A DNA stretch of 64,000 nucleotides from Macrostomum hystrix. Taxonomy: Eukaryota; Animalia; Platyhelminthes. Within the stretch, counting starts at the first letter, position 1; each line of letters begins with the position of its first letter. Below are positions 25,804 through 38,200 of this stretch, one piece after another. The notes beneath the pieces were generated by a model that ran no database searches, was not told the DNA's origin, and worked only from the letters and a program-made list of their open reading frames with translations. Made by a program: the position numbers and the translations under genes. The stretch is taken from positions 372,001-436,000 of the forward strand of contig CATNEN010000001.1 in the NCBI GenBank assembly GCA_950097015.1. The letters are read 5' to 3'.

Positions 25804-26805
25804 AATCTCACCAGATTCTAACAACTCAATCACCAGATTCTAACAGCTCAGTCACCAGATTCTAACAGCTCAATCACCAGATTCTAACAACTCAATCACC
25901 AGATTCTAACAGCTCAATCACCAGATTCTAACAGCTCAATCACCAGATTCTAACAGCTCAATCACCAGATTCTAACAGCTCAGTCACCAGATTCTAACAG
26001 CTCAATCACCAGATTCTAACAACTCAATCACCAGATTCTAACAGCTCAATCACCAGATTCTAACAGCTCAATCACCAGATTCTAACAGCTCAATCACCAG
26101 ATTCTAACAGCTCAATCACCAGATTCTAACAGCTCAATCACCAGATTCTAACAGCTCAGTCACCAGATTCTAACAGCTCAATCACCAGATTCTAACAGCT
26201 CAATCACCAGATTCTAACAGCTCAATCACCAGATTCTAACAACTCAATCACCAGATTCTAACAGCTCAATCACCAGATTCTAACAGCTCAATCACCAGAT
26301 TCTAACAGCTCAATCACCAGATTCTAACAGCTCAATCACCAGATTCTAACAGCTCAGTCACCAGATTCTAACAGCTCAATCACCAGATTCTAACAGCTCA
26401 ATCACCAGATTCTAACAACTCAATCACCAGATTCTAACAGCTCAATCACCAGATTCTAACAGCTCAATCACCAGATTCTAACAGCTCAATCACCAGATTC
26501 TAACAGCTCAATCACCAGATTCTAACAACTCAATCACCAGATTCTAACAGCTCAATCACCAGATTCTAACAGCTCAATCACCAGATTCTAACAGCTCAAT
26601 CACCAGATTCTAACAACTCAATCACCAGATTCTAACAGCTCAATCACCAGATTCTAACAGCTCAATCACCAGATTCTAACAGCTCAATCACCAGATTCTA
26701 ACAGCTCAATCACCAGATTCTAACAGCTCAATCACCAGATTCTAACAGCTCAATCACCAGATTCTAACAGCTCAATCACCAGATTCTAACAGCTCAATCA
26801 CCAGA
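25804..26805. repeat. 22-bp minisatellite (ctcaatcaccagattctaacag)n
   Basis: Direct reading; highly homogeneous. Confidence 0.97.
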
Positions 26806-27819
26806 AGCGTATATCGTTTTAATTCTATAATGTGTGTTGTTATATTTTTCCATAACCTATTATTTAGCTCTAGTTTTTTAAAGCTTCAAAAAACTAACAA
26901 TAGCATTAGTTAATGCCTTTGCACACAAAAAAGACAGTTACGAGCTACGATTGTACTTCAATGAACAATAAAGCTTTGCAATGTGATATTCGTATGGCTG
27001 GATGCTTTAGAAATCTCCAAGCTAATGTTTTCGGACGAAAAAAATTCATCACAATTAAAAAACTAAACTAGAATTCTCACCATCTTAAAAAAAGTGGACC
27101 AGCAGTTTTAGGTTGACAAAGTGTTTTCATACTCGTACATTCTCACGGGCTGGCAAAAGAACACTTTAGCTGAAACAGCTGAGCAATTGTCTAGAGCACG
27201 ATTCTTACAAAATACTCGAGTCTCAACTGGGTAAAAAAGTTAAGAAAAAATACCTAACCAGCAATTAATACAGAATCCACGTTTTAGTGTTGCATTTAAT
27301 ACAAAGTGATTCATGGTATTACTACTAAGCACTTTTAATTGTCTAGTAGTATTGTTAAAACATTGAACTACAAATTTGGCACGAATGGTTCGATCTAAAC
27401 AGCTCACGCGAGGTCACCAAATGGCAAGCTTCACGCCAGAACTCCATGAAAAATTCGTTCAAAGGTCAACTATATGCAATTAAACGAGCAATGGTTTTAT
27501 TAATGGCTCAACTGCATGTGGCATGAACGTGAAAATTCTATGAAATAAGGCCAAAATTTGACGAAAATTTACTCTGAAACTAGTAATCTAGAAACTTTTA
27601 GATTTACAAGTAATTTAAGTTGCACATCAATATTTATTACTCCAGTCAAGCTCAAGCAAGGCACAGTTTACTATTGACCTAAACGTCGCAAGTTCGAAAC
27701 CTATTTGTCATTCAATTGTACTGTATTGTATTGCATTGCAACATTATAAAACTACGATCTAGCTGTCAGGCTAGTATGCATGAAATTCTATAGCCTTAGT
27801 GTGTGAGCAGCCATCGCTA

Positions 27820-28620
27820 CAATAGCCAATACGGGGGCAGTCCCAGCTTCTAAAGGTAAATAGAGGAACTAAAGCTGGCAGCCAATGGCAACGATCCGAA
27901 ATCTACCACGATCGGGTGGGCTCTGAGTGGGAGGGGAGATGGACGCTGGGAGAGCCAGGGGATATGAGTGAGGCAGACAGAAGAACGGAGCGAAGAAATA
28001 GGGTCAAAGGGGAGAGAGAGAGGAAGGAGAAAGAGTGGTGGCTCGCCGGAGGAAGGCACACATTGATTTCCAGAGTTTCTCTCTCTCTACCCAAAACTCA
28101 GAGCAGCATATCCCCGCCCGGGCAACTCCCAGTCACCCACCTTCCAATACTCTACGAAGCCCGTTAGTGGCCGCGGCGGCGGGCGGTTGGCCAATTTCGT
28201 TCGCTGGAAAGGGGACGCGACCAACCCGTTGTGCTCGCCTATGAAGTGCACGGGCAGCGTGCGCGGAACTCAATGCAGCGTGAGCCAGTGTGCGTGAGCT
28301 ACGGAGGAAGGAGATAGAAGCGAAGCGAATGTTGTTGGTGCGGGAGAGAGACAGGCGGACAGAACGCGGGAAACGAGGAGAGAAAGGGAAGAGAGTTCAA
28401 GCACGGGCAGGGAAGCTTTTTCGTCCATCGTTGCAATGGCCTCCAAAGGCAACGGACGTAGGAGAGCGAGAGAGAAAGAGGGGGGAAGGGAAGTAAGAGA
28501 CTCAAGTCAGTTTAGCGAAGCTCCTGGGCTAAATACAGAGAGAGAGGGGGCAAGAGGATAGAGATAGCGAGCGAGACTGAACGAGGCCTATAAGCTAAAG
28601 TGAGTCGAAAGAGTTTTCTA
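27820..28620 (+). promoter_or_regulatory. GC/GA-rich putative promoter region
   Basis: CCAAT motifs (about 27824, 27880, 28190), many GAGAG runs and a CpG-rich patch directly upstream of the gene at 28708, divergent from ACSL. Confidence 0.45.
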
Positions 28621-28707
28621 TCCTTCTCTGCAAGTTCTAAAATCGAACCTAACAGTTATCACTCGCTACATAACAAAATCGCTTGAAGCCAACCCGTGGG
28701 AATAAAT

Positions 28708-30323
28708 ATGCACGCCAACGGCAATGTCAATGGCAACAATGGAGGCTGCAGCGAAGCGATGAAGGACACAGATGACAAATTGTTGCCAGCGAGTCATAGA
28801 CAACAGGAGAGTAACGGCGGAGGAGTCATTGCTGTTAGGAACAAGCGAGTGTACTTCGACGTTGAGACCAAGATGCACACGCTGAATAGGGTAAGCGTTC
28901 AGCGAAAGAGTTTTCTTAATTCTCAGCTTTATTTTAACAATGTCACTATCATGCGTCTCTCACGCAGATTGAGAACGGCGAAGCTAAATCGGCCATTATT
29001 CGAGAGATGCGACTGCCACCGAGCACTCTGGCAACCTGGATCAAGGACCGCGAACGCATCGCCGAACTCTACCGACACAGCATGGGCACAAGAAAGCGAC
29101 TTCGTCGAGGCGGCGGTGGCGGCGGCAAGTCACCGGCGCCGACAACCATCGATGTTGATCCGTCGACCTCAGCTCACCTGGGCGGACCGTTTGTGACGCC
29201 ATCAGCTAGCGACGAAGCCACCATTGGTGGCGAAGCTGAAGATGACAACGAAAGCAAGGAGGATGTCGACGATGTGACGCCTGGCGATGAAGGAGACGAC
29301 ATGGAATCGACGGAGACTGAAGTAGACGAAGGAGCAATCGAGCAGGATGAAGAGGCGCTTCACGCAGCTCCGCCACAACTGCTCCAGCAGCCGCAGTTGC
29401 AGCACCAGCAGTCAACGCTTTCTACGTCTTCAGCAGGTGGTGCAACTATCGCTATACCGTTGCTACGTCGTGCGCCTCAGATGGTGCTACCCAGACCGCT
29501 CATACCGCGAACTACGGTGTCCCAGAATCAGTGTCAGCAGTTTCAGCAACAGCAGCAGCAGCAACAACAACCTCAGCAGCAACAACAGGCAAGCGTGACA
29601 CTGCGGCCGACGCTTTCAACTGCGAATCATCTGCCGCCTACGGCCGCTGTTTCTCTAGGCGCATTTCTAACTGCTGCACCTCAGACACCGCAGCATCACG
29701 GACTGCTTCTTCAGCAACAGCAGCAGCAGCAACTGCAACAGCAACACCAACAAGAGCAGCCGATTTCAAAGTCAATGCTTGAGGACTTATTTCAGCGTTA
29801 CACTGCACAATTATCGGCCATTCTCACTTTCACAATATCTCCGATTCACTCCAGCTTGGAGCAACTAAATCGACGCTTAACGCAACTTCAATCCGACCAG
29901 TCTGAGTGCAGTCAGCGACTGTCTAATTCAAGCCGTAACTGTGATTGGTTGGAGCATACTAAGCAGCATCCAACTGAGCCAGACAAGGTACTGGTGGCTG
30001 CGGACACCAACTATCAGATGGCCATTCCGCTGTCCTGGATAAGGGACTGCTGTGACGAGGCTTACGGCAATGGACCAGAGAAAACCTTAAGCAGTCTGCT
30101 GCTCAGATCGGTCGGTAAGCAACGCCTGCGCCAACTGCTCGCATTGGGACCCACCGCACTGTGCGAAGACTCTGCCTTCAAAGCGTTGCGTCACTATGTC
30201 GCACTGACGCAAGGCCCAGTGTCGGCGCAGAGAATGTGCGCCAGACGCGACGAGATCCTTAATCAGATCGGTGGCGAATTGTTCGGCGACAACGGCACAG
30301 ATTTAGAGGGCGCTTCAGCTTGA
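28708..30323 (+). CDS. HTH psq/CENP-B-type DNA-binding protein with acidic and polyQ tracts, coiled coil and BEN-like C-terminus (exons 28708-28890, 28968-30323)
   Basis: The spliced product reads RNKRVYFDVETKMHTLNR|IENGEAKSAIIREMRLPPSTLATWIKDRERI, the CENP-B N-terminal/psq HTH pattern. Intron 28891-28967 is gtaagc...cacgcag, phase 0. Confidence 0.8.
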
Positions 30324-30469
30324 ATTATGTAGACGAAATCAATTGATAAATCTTATCGCACGTACTCGTAGAGCCCAAAATACTGCTTTGCTGAATTACT
30401 ACCACCATGAACAACTTAAATCACTTGGACATTAAAATTCAGGACACACAATGATAATAATAATTGATT

Positions 30470-30690
30470 ACACCTGCCCAATTGGGTCAGAAGTGCAGCC
30501 GACAGCACAGCAGCATCTATTGCGCTGCATTTGTACGGCTGTTCAGTCCATGGACTGGGGAGATGCCACACCAACCCCCAATTACTCCAGCTTAGTTCTG
30601 GTACCAATTTTCTAAGGAGTCGGTAATCGAACCCCCCGACCTTCAAGTACTGAGTCCAATGCCCAAAAACATTAGCCACAACCCCCTTGT
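30470..30690 (-). mobile_element. SINE family 2 copy with the CORE domain deleted
   Basis: Shares gtgcagccgacagcacag...gctgttcagtccatggactggg and the tRNA head with 8715-9000. Confidence 0.75.
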
Positions 30691-32049
30691 AGCTTAGCAG
30701 CCGCACACACAAGCATGATGCACAAACAACACAATTAAACTATATTAGCACCCATTTTATTGCCAGTAAGGTATGTACAAAATTACATCAAGTAGTTCTG
30801 TTTTAGGTATCTTTTAGTAAGGGAGCTGTTTAGAACAAAAATGGTTCTCATATCAATCTGATTGGATTTTCTTAAAATGTTTATATGATATAGTCCATGC
30901 CTATGCATGTATTGTTTCTAAATTGTGTCTTTATTATCAGTTTTTGTCTTTTCATCGAACTTTAAACATGTTTCTGTTCTTTTTGTTTACAAAACTGTCC
31001 TGAAGTTTTATTTGTGCAATCATTTTTCTATCTGACAAATTCTACAAGTAAATATCTGCATTAATAACACAGCCTATTAGTTTTACAATCAGTACTAGCA
31101 AGCACTTTTTTGTTTTACTTTTATATGAATATATTGCCTTTTGACTAAAGCCCACTGCTATAAAGTTTCTTATGCTACACTGTGCTATAATCACATTCAC
31201 ATATCATAGTTTTTCTTAAAAATATCATTTTAAAAGTTGATAATTAAACAAGCTGTAATCAAAATACTTAAAAGTAAATGTTAATTAGATTTTAAAGATT
31301 AAATGTGTGGCATATATATATATATCAAAGCAATAGATATACTCTCTTTTTGGCCCATTTTGAATATCAAAATATAAAAATTGTGAATAAAAAACAAATT
31401 AAGTGAATTTACCAAGTTGCATGTTTTCTTTTCATAAGACAACAACTCGCCCTAATACAAATGTCATGCTAATATTTTGTTTTATTCTATTTGTCACTAA
31501 AACCTTTCAAATGTCTATTCTTGTACTATTGCAGACATTATCCAACAGATAGTAAAATTATGGAAATTCCTATAAAAAGGCCTGTTGAAAAAAGTTTTAA
31601 CAATATAGTTTTTATGCACATATCTTGCACAGATTGTTGTTTTTTATTGCCGGAGGCAATGGCATATCGTTTGGTGATACTATATCCACAACAAGTGAGG
31701 AGGCCATTCGGCCAATTTCACTTCTGACTCCAAAGCCCAGAGAAGTCAGGCACATGCTCACACAAGGCATTACATTAGAAGTATAAAACTTGGCTAACTT
31801 CAAAAATGATAATTAATTACATTAATTACATTTTTTTGTTAAGCCAAAATGTCAAGGTCATGATTTGAGCAAAAGGCTTTAGCTTTATTTTCTAAATATT
31901 TTGGCAAAAGAGTCAAAGTCAAGAATCAAAATAGGAAATATTGCACATGCATAATGCTTATTTTGGTAGCAATTTACATTCATATTAAATCTACACTACA
32001 ACTATTATTTTCAGTTTATGAATATAAATATGCAGGAAAACAAATACTA

Positions 32050-33343
32050 TGAGGGTTGTGTCATAAATTCACTGACAAACTTACATAGCGTCAGTTTCTT
32101 TTGTACTTTAAGGGGCAGAATTTTTTTATACAGACTAAGGCACCATCGATCTTATTGTCTATGGAAAATCTTCCCTCTGGCTTTTGAGACAAGGCAGAAA
32201 TCGAGTGGCATTCAAACCACCCTTTTAGCCAGTATGGAGAAAAGTGAAGCTACCAAGCGCAGTCTTTGTGGAAGCAGCAGAAGAAGCAGGCTGATATTTA
32301 CCGTGAGCTGCTGCAAATCTATAGCAAGGATGCACCTTCGAAACAAACTGTGTCAAAGTGGGTGGAGCACTTTGATGACTGCTGGGAGACAGTTGAGGAT
32401 GCTCCCTGCCCAGGTACACCACGGTCATCCACTTCCAGTGACAACATCCAGCATGTGCAACATGCCCTGGAGGATAATTGTGGAGCAACCCTGAGGCAGT
32501 TAAAGGACTTGTTGGAGATACCGATGAAGAGCATTCATTGCATCATCTACGACCAACTGCATATGACACGAGTTGTTGCATGATGGGTCCCTAAACTGCT
32601 GACTCCTGTCCAACTGCAAAAGAGGGTCCAGATGTGCTGCTACCTACTCAATGGCTATCAAATGAGCCCGACTTTCTTGGCCGCCTGGTGACTGACCAGT
32701 GACATGGTTTCACTTCTATGAACCAGAAACAAAACAGCAGAGCAGCGTCTGGAAGGCTACTCACAAACCCCCACCGGTCAAGGCGGTGCAGTCAGCAGGT
32801 AAGCGCATGGCCACCATGTTCTGGAACAGAGAAGGCATCTTGCTGATCGAGTGGCTACCTGAAGGCAGAACCATCAATGCCCAGTACTACTGTGAAGAAT
32901 TGGAATGGCTACATGAGAAGATCAAGAGTGAGCGCCGGGGAAGGATCACTAGGGGCATTGTGCTGCAGCAGGACAACACCAGGCCGCATACCTGCAATGC
33001 AACTATGGATGTCATCAGGAGACTAGGCTTCGAGTTGCTGCTTCACCCTGCCTATTCTTCTGACCTGGCCCCCAGTGACTACTGGTTGTTCTCTAAAATG
33101 AAAGAGCCTCTTCGTGGCCATCGCTATGGAAGCCTTTCTGCACTCAGTACAGCCATCAGCCAGTGGGTACGAGGGACCCCCACCAAATTCTTCGCCCAGG
33201 GCATCAGCAAGCTGCCAGAGATGGCACAAATGTGTGCAGCTTGGGGGTGACTATGTTGAGAAGTGCAATGTTGAGAATTAGATATTATTTGTTTTGTTTC
33301 TTTGATATCTCTAGTTGTCAGGGAATTTATGACACAACCCTAG
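32050..33343 (+). mobile_element. Mariner (DD34D) DNA transposon, full length, non-functional
   Basis: TIRs agggttgtgtcataaattc(a/c)ctgacaa at both ends, TA duplications at 32048-49 and 33344-45, about 1.3 kb long. Confidence 0.93.
32235..33280 (+). pseudogene. Mariner transposase pseudogene
   Basis: WVPKLL, QQDNTRPH and YSSDLAPSDY motifs with 34 residues between the last two Asp. Frameshifts and an in-frame TGA at 32581. Confidence 0.9.
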
Positions 33344-33455
33344 TATTTAAAAAAATGACAAACCAACATGACAAACCTAGGTCCCAACTGTCCTTAGTTC
33401 TATCATTAGTAGGACTGAGTCTTACTATTCTACTATATATATATATGTAGTATTG

Positions 33456-33873
33456 GGCTATGGTGGAGTTCCGTTCGTTATATTATTTTGCAATTCAAAA
33501 TGACTGCGGACAGGTTAAACAAGTTTTACGACCAACGCAGCAACATTTAAACAACACGAGGACACTCAGAAAAGTTCATCAGAGGTTCATCAGTTCCTTA
33601 TCTGTTCATCAAGTTGGATAGGCCCTAATAGTGAGACACCCAATACATGAAGTTGCCAAATGCATTGACTGGGTATAGACTCAAATGACTCAAATAGTTG
33701 GTGAGGCAACTTGAGCAACTTGAGCCGATAAGGTCTTGACTTGAGCCAACAGTCAATTTTAGACCATAGACATACATATGCCACGTCATGCCAAATCGTC
33801 CGTCGCATTACTGGGCTTTTGGCACCATTTTGAAATTGAAAAATAATATAACGAACGGAACTCCACCATAGCC
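33456..33873. mobile_element. Non-autonomous Mutator (MULE)-type MITE
   Basis: About 47-bp TIRs starting ggctatggtggagttccgttcgttatattatttt. Perfect 9-bp TSD gtagtattg (33447-33455 and 33874-33882). Confidence 0.88.
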
Positions 33874-35255
33874 GTAGTATTGTTGTGTATATATATATAT
33901 ATATATTGTTGAACATAAGTGAGATAAATGTTATCAGTTAATGAGAAACTGAGCAACAAAGTTTTATAATATTTGTGTACTTTATTAGCAGATTAACAAA
34001 ACTTTTATAAAAATTATTTAAAGTTTAGACTTATGTACATGGTAGTTAGTTCAGCTCAAGTTGCTGGTATTTTTCTAATGCCTGTATGAAAGGTCCTAGC
34101 TCTCTTGCTTTTTATTTTTTTAGCTAGGCTTGAATACCAGACAAGAATATTAAAAAATGCACATGTATGGTAATATTAATAGTATAAAAAGAGATTTTTT
34201 AAGTATATACTTGATTGAATAAAACATTATAACTAACTACCTGTTAACAACGAAAAGATCCACCAATCCAGATAAAGAACTGGTAAGATAAAATAGATTG
34301 ATACAAAAAATTCAACAGCACAATATTTCGTAATATTCAATATGATAGTCATACTCAATATTCCCTAGGCTTAGGCTTTAAGCTTCAGCTGTATGTACAA
34401 GCAGGTTATGTTGTGTAATGAATTTGTTTTATAATATAACTAATATCTGAGTAGATGTTTTGGACATAAACAATTTTTTGCTAACAGTATAAATTATCAA
34501 TAAGTATTACTTATACCATTAGAAACCATCGACCATTCTCAGCAAAAAGCAAATCCTGCGATATAATCATCACGTCTTAAAATAGTTGAATTTGCTGCAT
34601 ACTCGTAGCTAATATACGCAAATCTTAACAAAGTAATCCTTTCCTGCTGAGTATCCTTAATCTAATTACTTAATTTTACAAGTATTAGCATCTAAAAATT
34701 TATTTTAGCATTCAAAAATGTCTCTTTATTATACTTTGTCTTCAAGAGGTCTGTCGCTTAAGAAAATTTCCTTCATTTAACTTAACTTTTCCCTCTAAAT
34801 TTTAACTAAAATAAGACTGCCTGCATGCCTTTTTGCGCGAAATTATACTACACGGTAAGTTTTTTTTGCTAGAAAATATGTTTTCACAGTATTTAAGAAC
34901 TTCGGGTTTTTAGTTAGCAACAAACATAAATTTACCTGTTGATCGTAAGCAACAGCTATTACAAAGTAATTTTGCACAACAGCAAAAGCAAGACTTAGCA
35001 GATGAAAAAAATTCTTACCATATGATCCAAGTGATGAATATCTAACTATTGCGTATTGTGCTTACTAGGTTTAAAAAACTAAAGACATTTCTTAACTTTA
35101 AGAACCAAATGATTTGAACTTATGTTTAGTCTCACATATGTGTATTGATTGCTTTCATCAAATATATATATAAGGATTGTATCAAATACCAAAAAAACGG
35201 CAAAGTCTAACGATTCTAACGACCATGCAGGCTATACAGGTGAATTCAGAGGGTC

Positions 35256-38200
35256 ATGGCTCAACAGCTACAAGAAATTGAGCTGCAGATCCGACAGCTG
35301 TGCGAATCTCGACGCGTTCGCGTTGAAAACTTCTTCATTGACTTCGATAAGCTCCGATCAGGATTTGTGACATGTGAGTAATTTAGCCGATTGTGTGGAA
35401 AAAATTTAAACATTTTGCTTGTTTAAAATAAGAATGTTCTATGTACCTGTTTTACTCGTAGTAGCCTATAGAGTGTACATGAAAACTTATTGGATATAAT
35501 TTCTCGAATTCTAAAAAAAATAGGCAATCAGTTTCTGCGGACTATTTGGATGAATCTCGGTGTAAAGCTGACCGAAGACCAAGAGGCCGCACTACTGCAG
35601 AAATACCGCGCAAATGATGGCCGGTTCAACTACCGCAGATTCTGCGACTCCGTTGACGCCGGACGAGCTTTCCGTCCTGACGACCTGACTGTACATCCGG
35701 CTGCGCAAGTTTCCAACGCACCCGAACTACTTGGAACTCGGCGAACTGTACGACCGTTGTCGCCACAGAGCGAGGACAAAGTTCTGTCCGTGCTGGAACA
35801 CCTGGCCAGGCATTACCGCCTGGCTGGCTATTCATTGAGGGCCGCTTTCAAAGAATTCGATCGACACAATATCGGTTGCATCACTGAGTCGCAGTTCTAC
35901 CGAGCTCTGCCGGTGCCAAAGGAATTCGGCGAAGCCGAAGTAGCCCTGCTTGCCCGGAGGTACGCAGACCCTGAGCGAGCCGGACTGGTGAGCTACCTCA
36001 ACTTGCAGGCCGATCTAGACGCTATTTCGAGAGGCGGCGTTGCCGGGTCGCCCGGACAGACGGTAACAACCTCGTCGGGCAAGTTTGCGGAGGCTTTCGG
36101 CACTACAGGCTCAAGCAATGGGCAGGTAACGTCAACGCGAAATTTGAAAATATTATATTGTTTCTTATTTGAAGTACAGTTTGTTTTAATATAGGACTAG
36201 CTATGTGTACCCCCTCAAATAAAAAAGTACAGGAATTATATTTTATTATCATAATTTCATTGCTCAGTCATTGTCAGTTGCCGATCCGTCGATTGAGATG
36301 ATTCTACAACGCCTGAGAATCGCCGTTCACAAGCACGGCATTCGGCTGCTGGACTTTCTGCGCGATCACGACAAACTTCGACACGATCTGGTCACGGAGA
36401 ATCAGTTCGTCAAGTCTCTGATGCTGGCCATTGGTAAGCAGGCCCAGCTAACTCTACCAGAGTGCCACGCACTGGCTCATTTCTTTGCCGCCAAGGACGG
36501 CAGTGGTCGAGTTCGCTATCGCGACTTCGCGCTAGCCATGGACTCGCCGTTCAACGTGCAGCATCTGGAGAAGCAGCCAACGGCTACTGTGGAGGTTCCT
36601 GCGCAGGGCTCTCTTGCTAGAACCTTGCCTCGCTTGAGTGCCGCGGAGGAGGCAGATCTGGCTGATACCCTGGAGGACATTCGACGGCAAGTGCTGGAGA
36701 GGCGTCTGATGGTCTACCAGTACTTCAAGGACTACGACCGGGTGAGTGCACTTTTAGGCGTCAAGGAAAGAATGAGATGAATTGACTCAGTAGGAACACT
36801 CTGTTGGGTTTTCTCTTTGTGGAAGATAAAAAATCGTGACAAGAATGAAAGAATGCTTGAAATGACGTCTGTTCAAACTAAACTCTGTGTCTGGGCTTGT
36901 TCTAGTGCGCATCATGCTGTAAAAATTGTGAAATTTAGGCGCATCTCTATCATCAACACGGTTAGAAAATTGGCTAACAATTGCCACGACAGAATCTTCT
37001 TTAGTATCCGAATCCTGATTACTGCCAGCGAAGCAACAGCCCGCTAGGAACACCTGCAAAGACAATTTTGCAAGTAGAAAATTATTTCTGCATCAATCAG
37101 TCCAATCTTGTAGCAATTATATACAGTTTTCACAAATAAGAAAAAAATGGATGGCTTGAGAACAGTGAGGCGTGAGAAGAGAAAATCTTTCTTTGACCAA
37201 ATTCTCTCTATATCTGCCTCTGAGTGTCTCTCTACATCGACCCCTGAGTATCTTTGTCTACCTGTGAGTGTCTTTGTCTACCTCTGAGTGTCTCTATCTA
37301 CCTCTGAGTGTCTCTATCTACCACTGAGTGTCTCAATCTACCTCTCAGTGTCTCCATCTACCTCTGAGTGTCTCTAACTACCTTTCGTGTTTCAAGATTA
37401 ACTAAGACAGTGAATAGACTGACACAATAAGCCAAGTCGTTTGATCCTTTGGCTCACCTGTCTTTTCACTCAGGCTTCATTCGAAATTACAAGGCTGCGA
37501 TTAACTAGAAAGATGGATAGATAGAGACAGAGCTGAGGATTTTACTTCAAGCGAAACAGCGAAAGTGACACTGCAGCGGGCAGCAATCAGCAGTTTTTTT
37601 CTGCCAAGAGCTCTTCTGGCTCAAGTTCCTGAGCACACTAATTAAAAGGCATCGCGAGAAAGCCTGGCAATTTGGCCTTTTTTGCCAAATCGATCTTAGG
37701 TCAAGGGAAGATTTTACCTTAAGGACATTTCCAATTCTTGTACAGCTTTTTTTTCCTAAAACGCTAAGACGACGTCATCAAACGCCAGATCCGGGCGGAA
37801 CAGACGGAAAATTTGCCGGCAATTTTCTTTGCTGCACGCAAAATTCGCTCCTTTTTTCAGTTTGCCTTGTTTCGCAAAATTTCGAACATCAGATGTGGAA
37901 GATCGTGGCAAGATGAAGAAGATTAATTGAACATCATTAGGATTTATGTAGAAGGATTTATTAATAGATGAGGAAGACATGGTATAATAATAATGATAAT
38001 AATTGCAGGAGGGCTGCGGGCAATGGCACACCATTTTGCGATAGTAGACACGCAGCCAGCGAGGAGGCAATTCTGCCCATTTCGCTGACTCCTGAGCACA
38101 CACTCACACACGTGTGTACATCTGCCCTGACTTTCTTATCGTCAGGCAGTGTACACTTTCACTGTGCCTTGGAGGTTGGCCCTCAAGGGCGTAAATTTCA

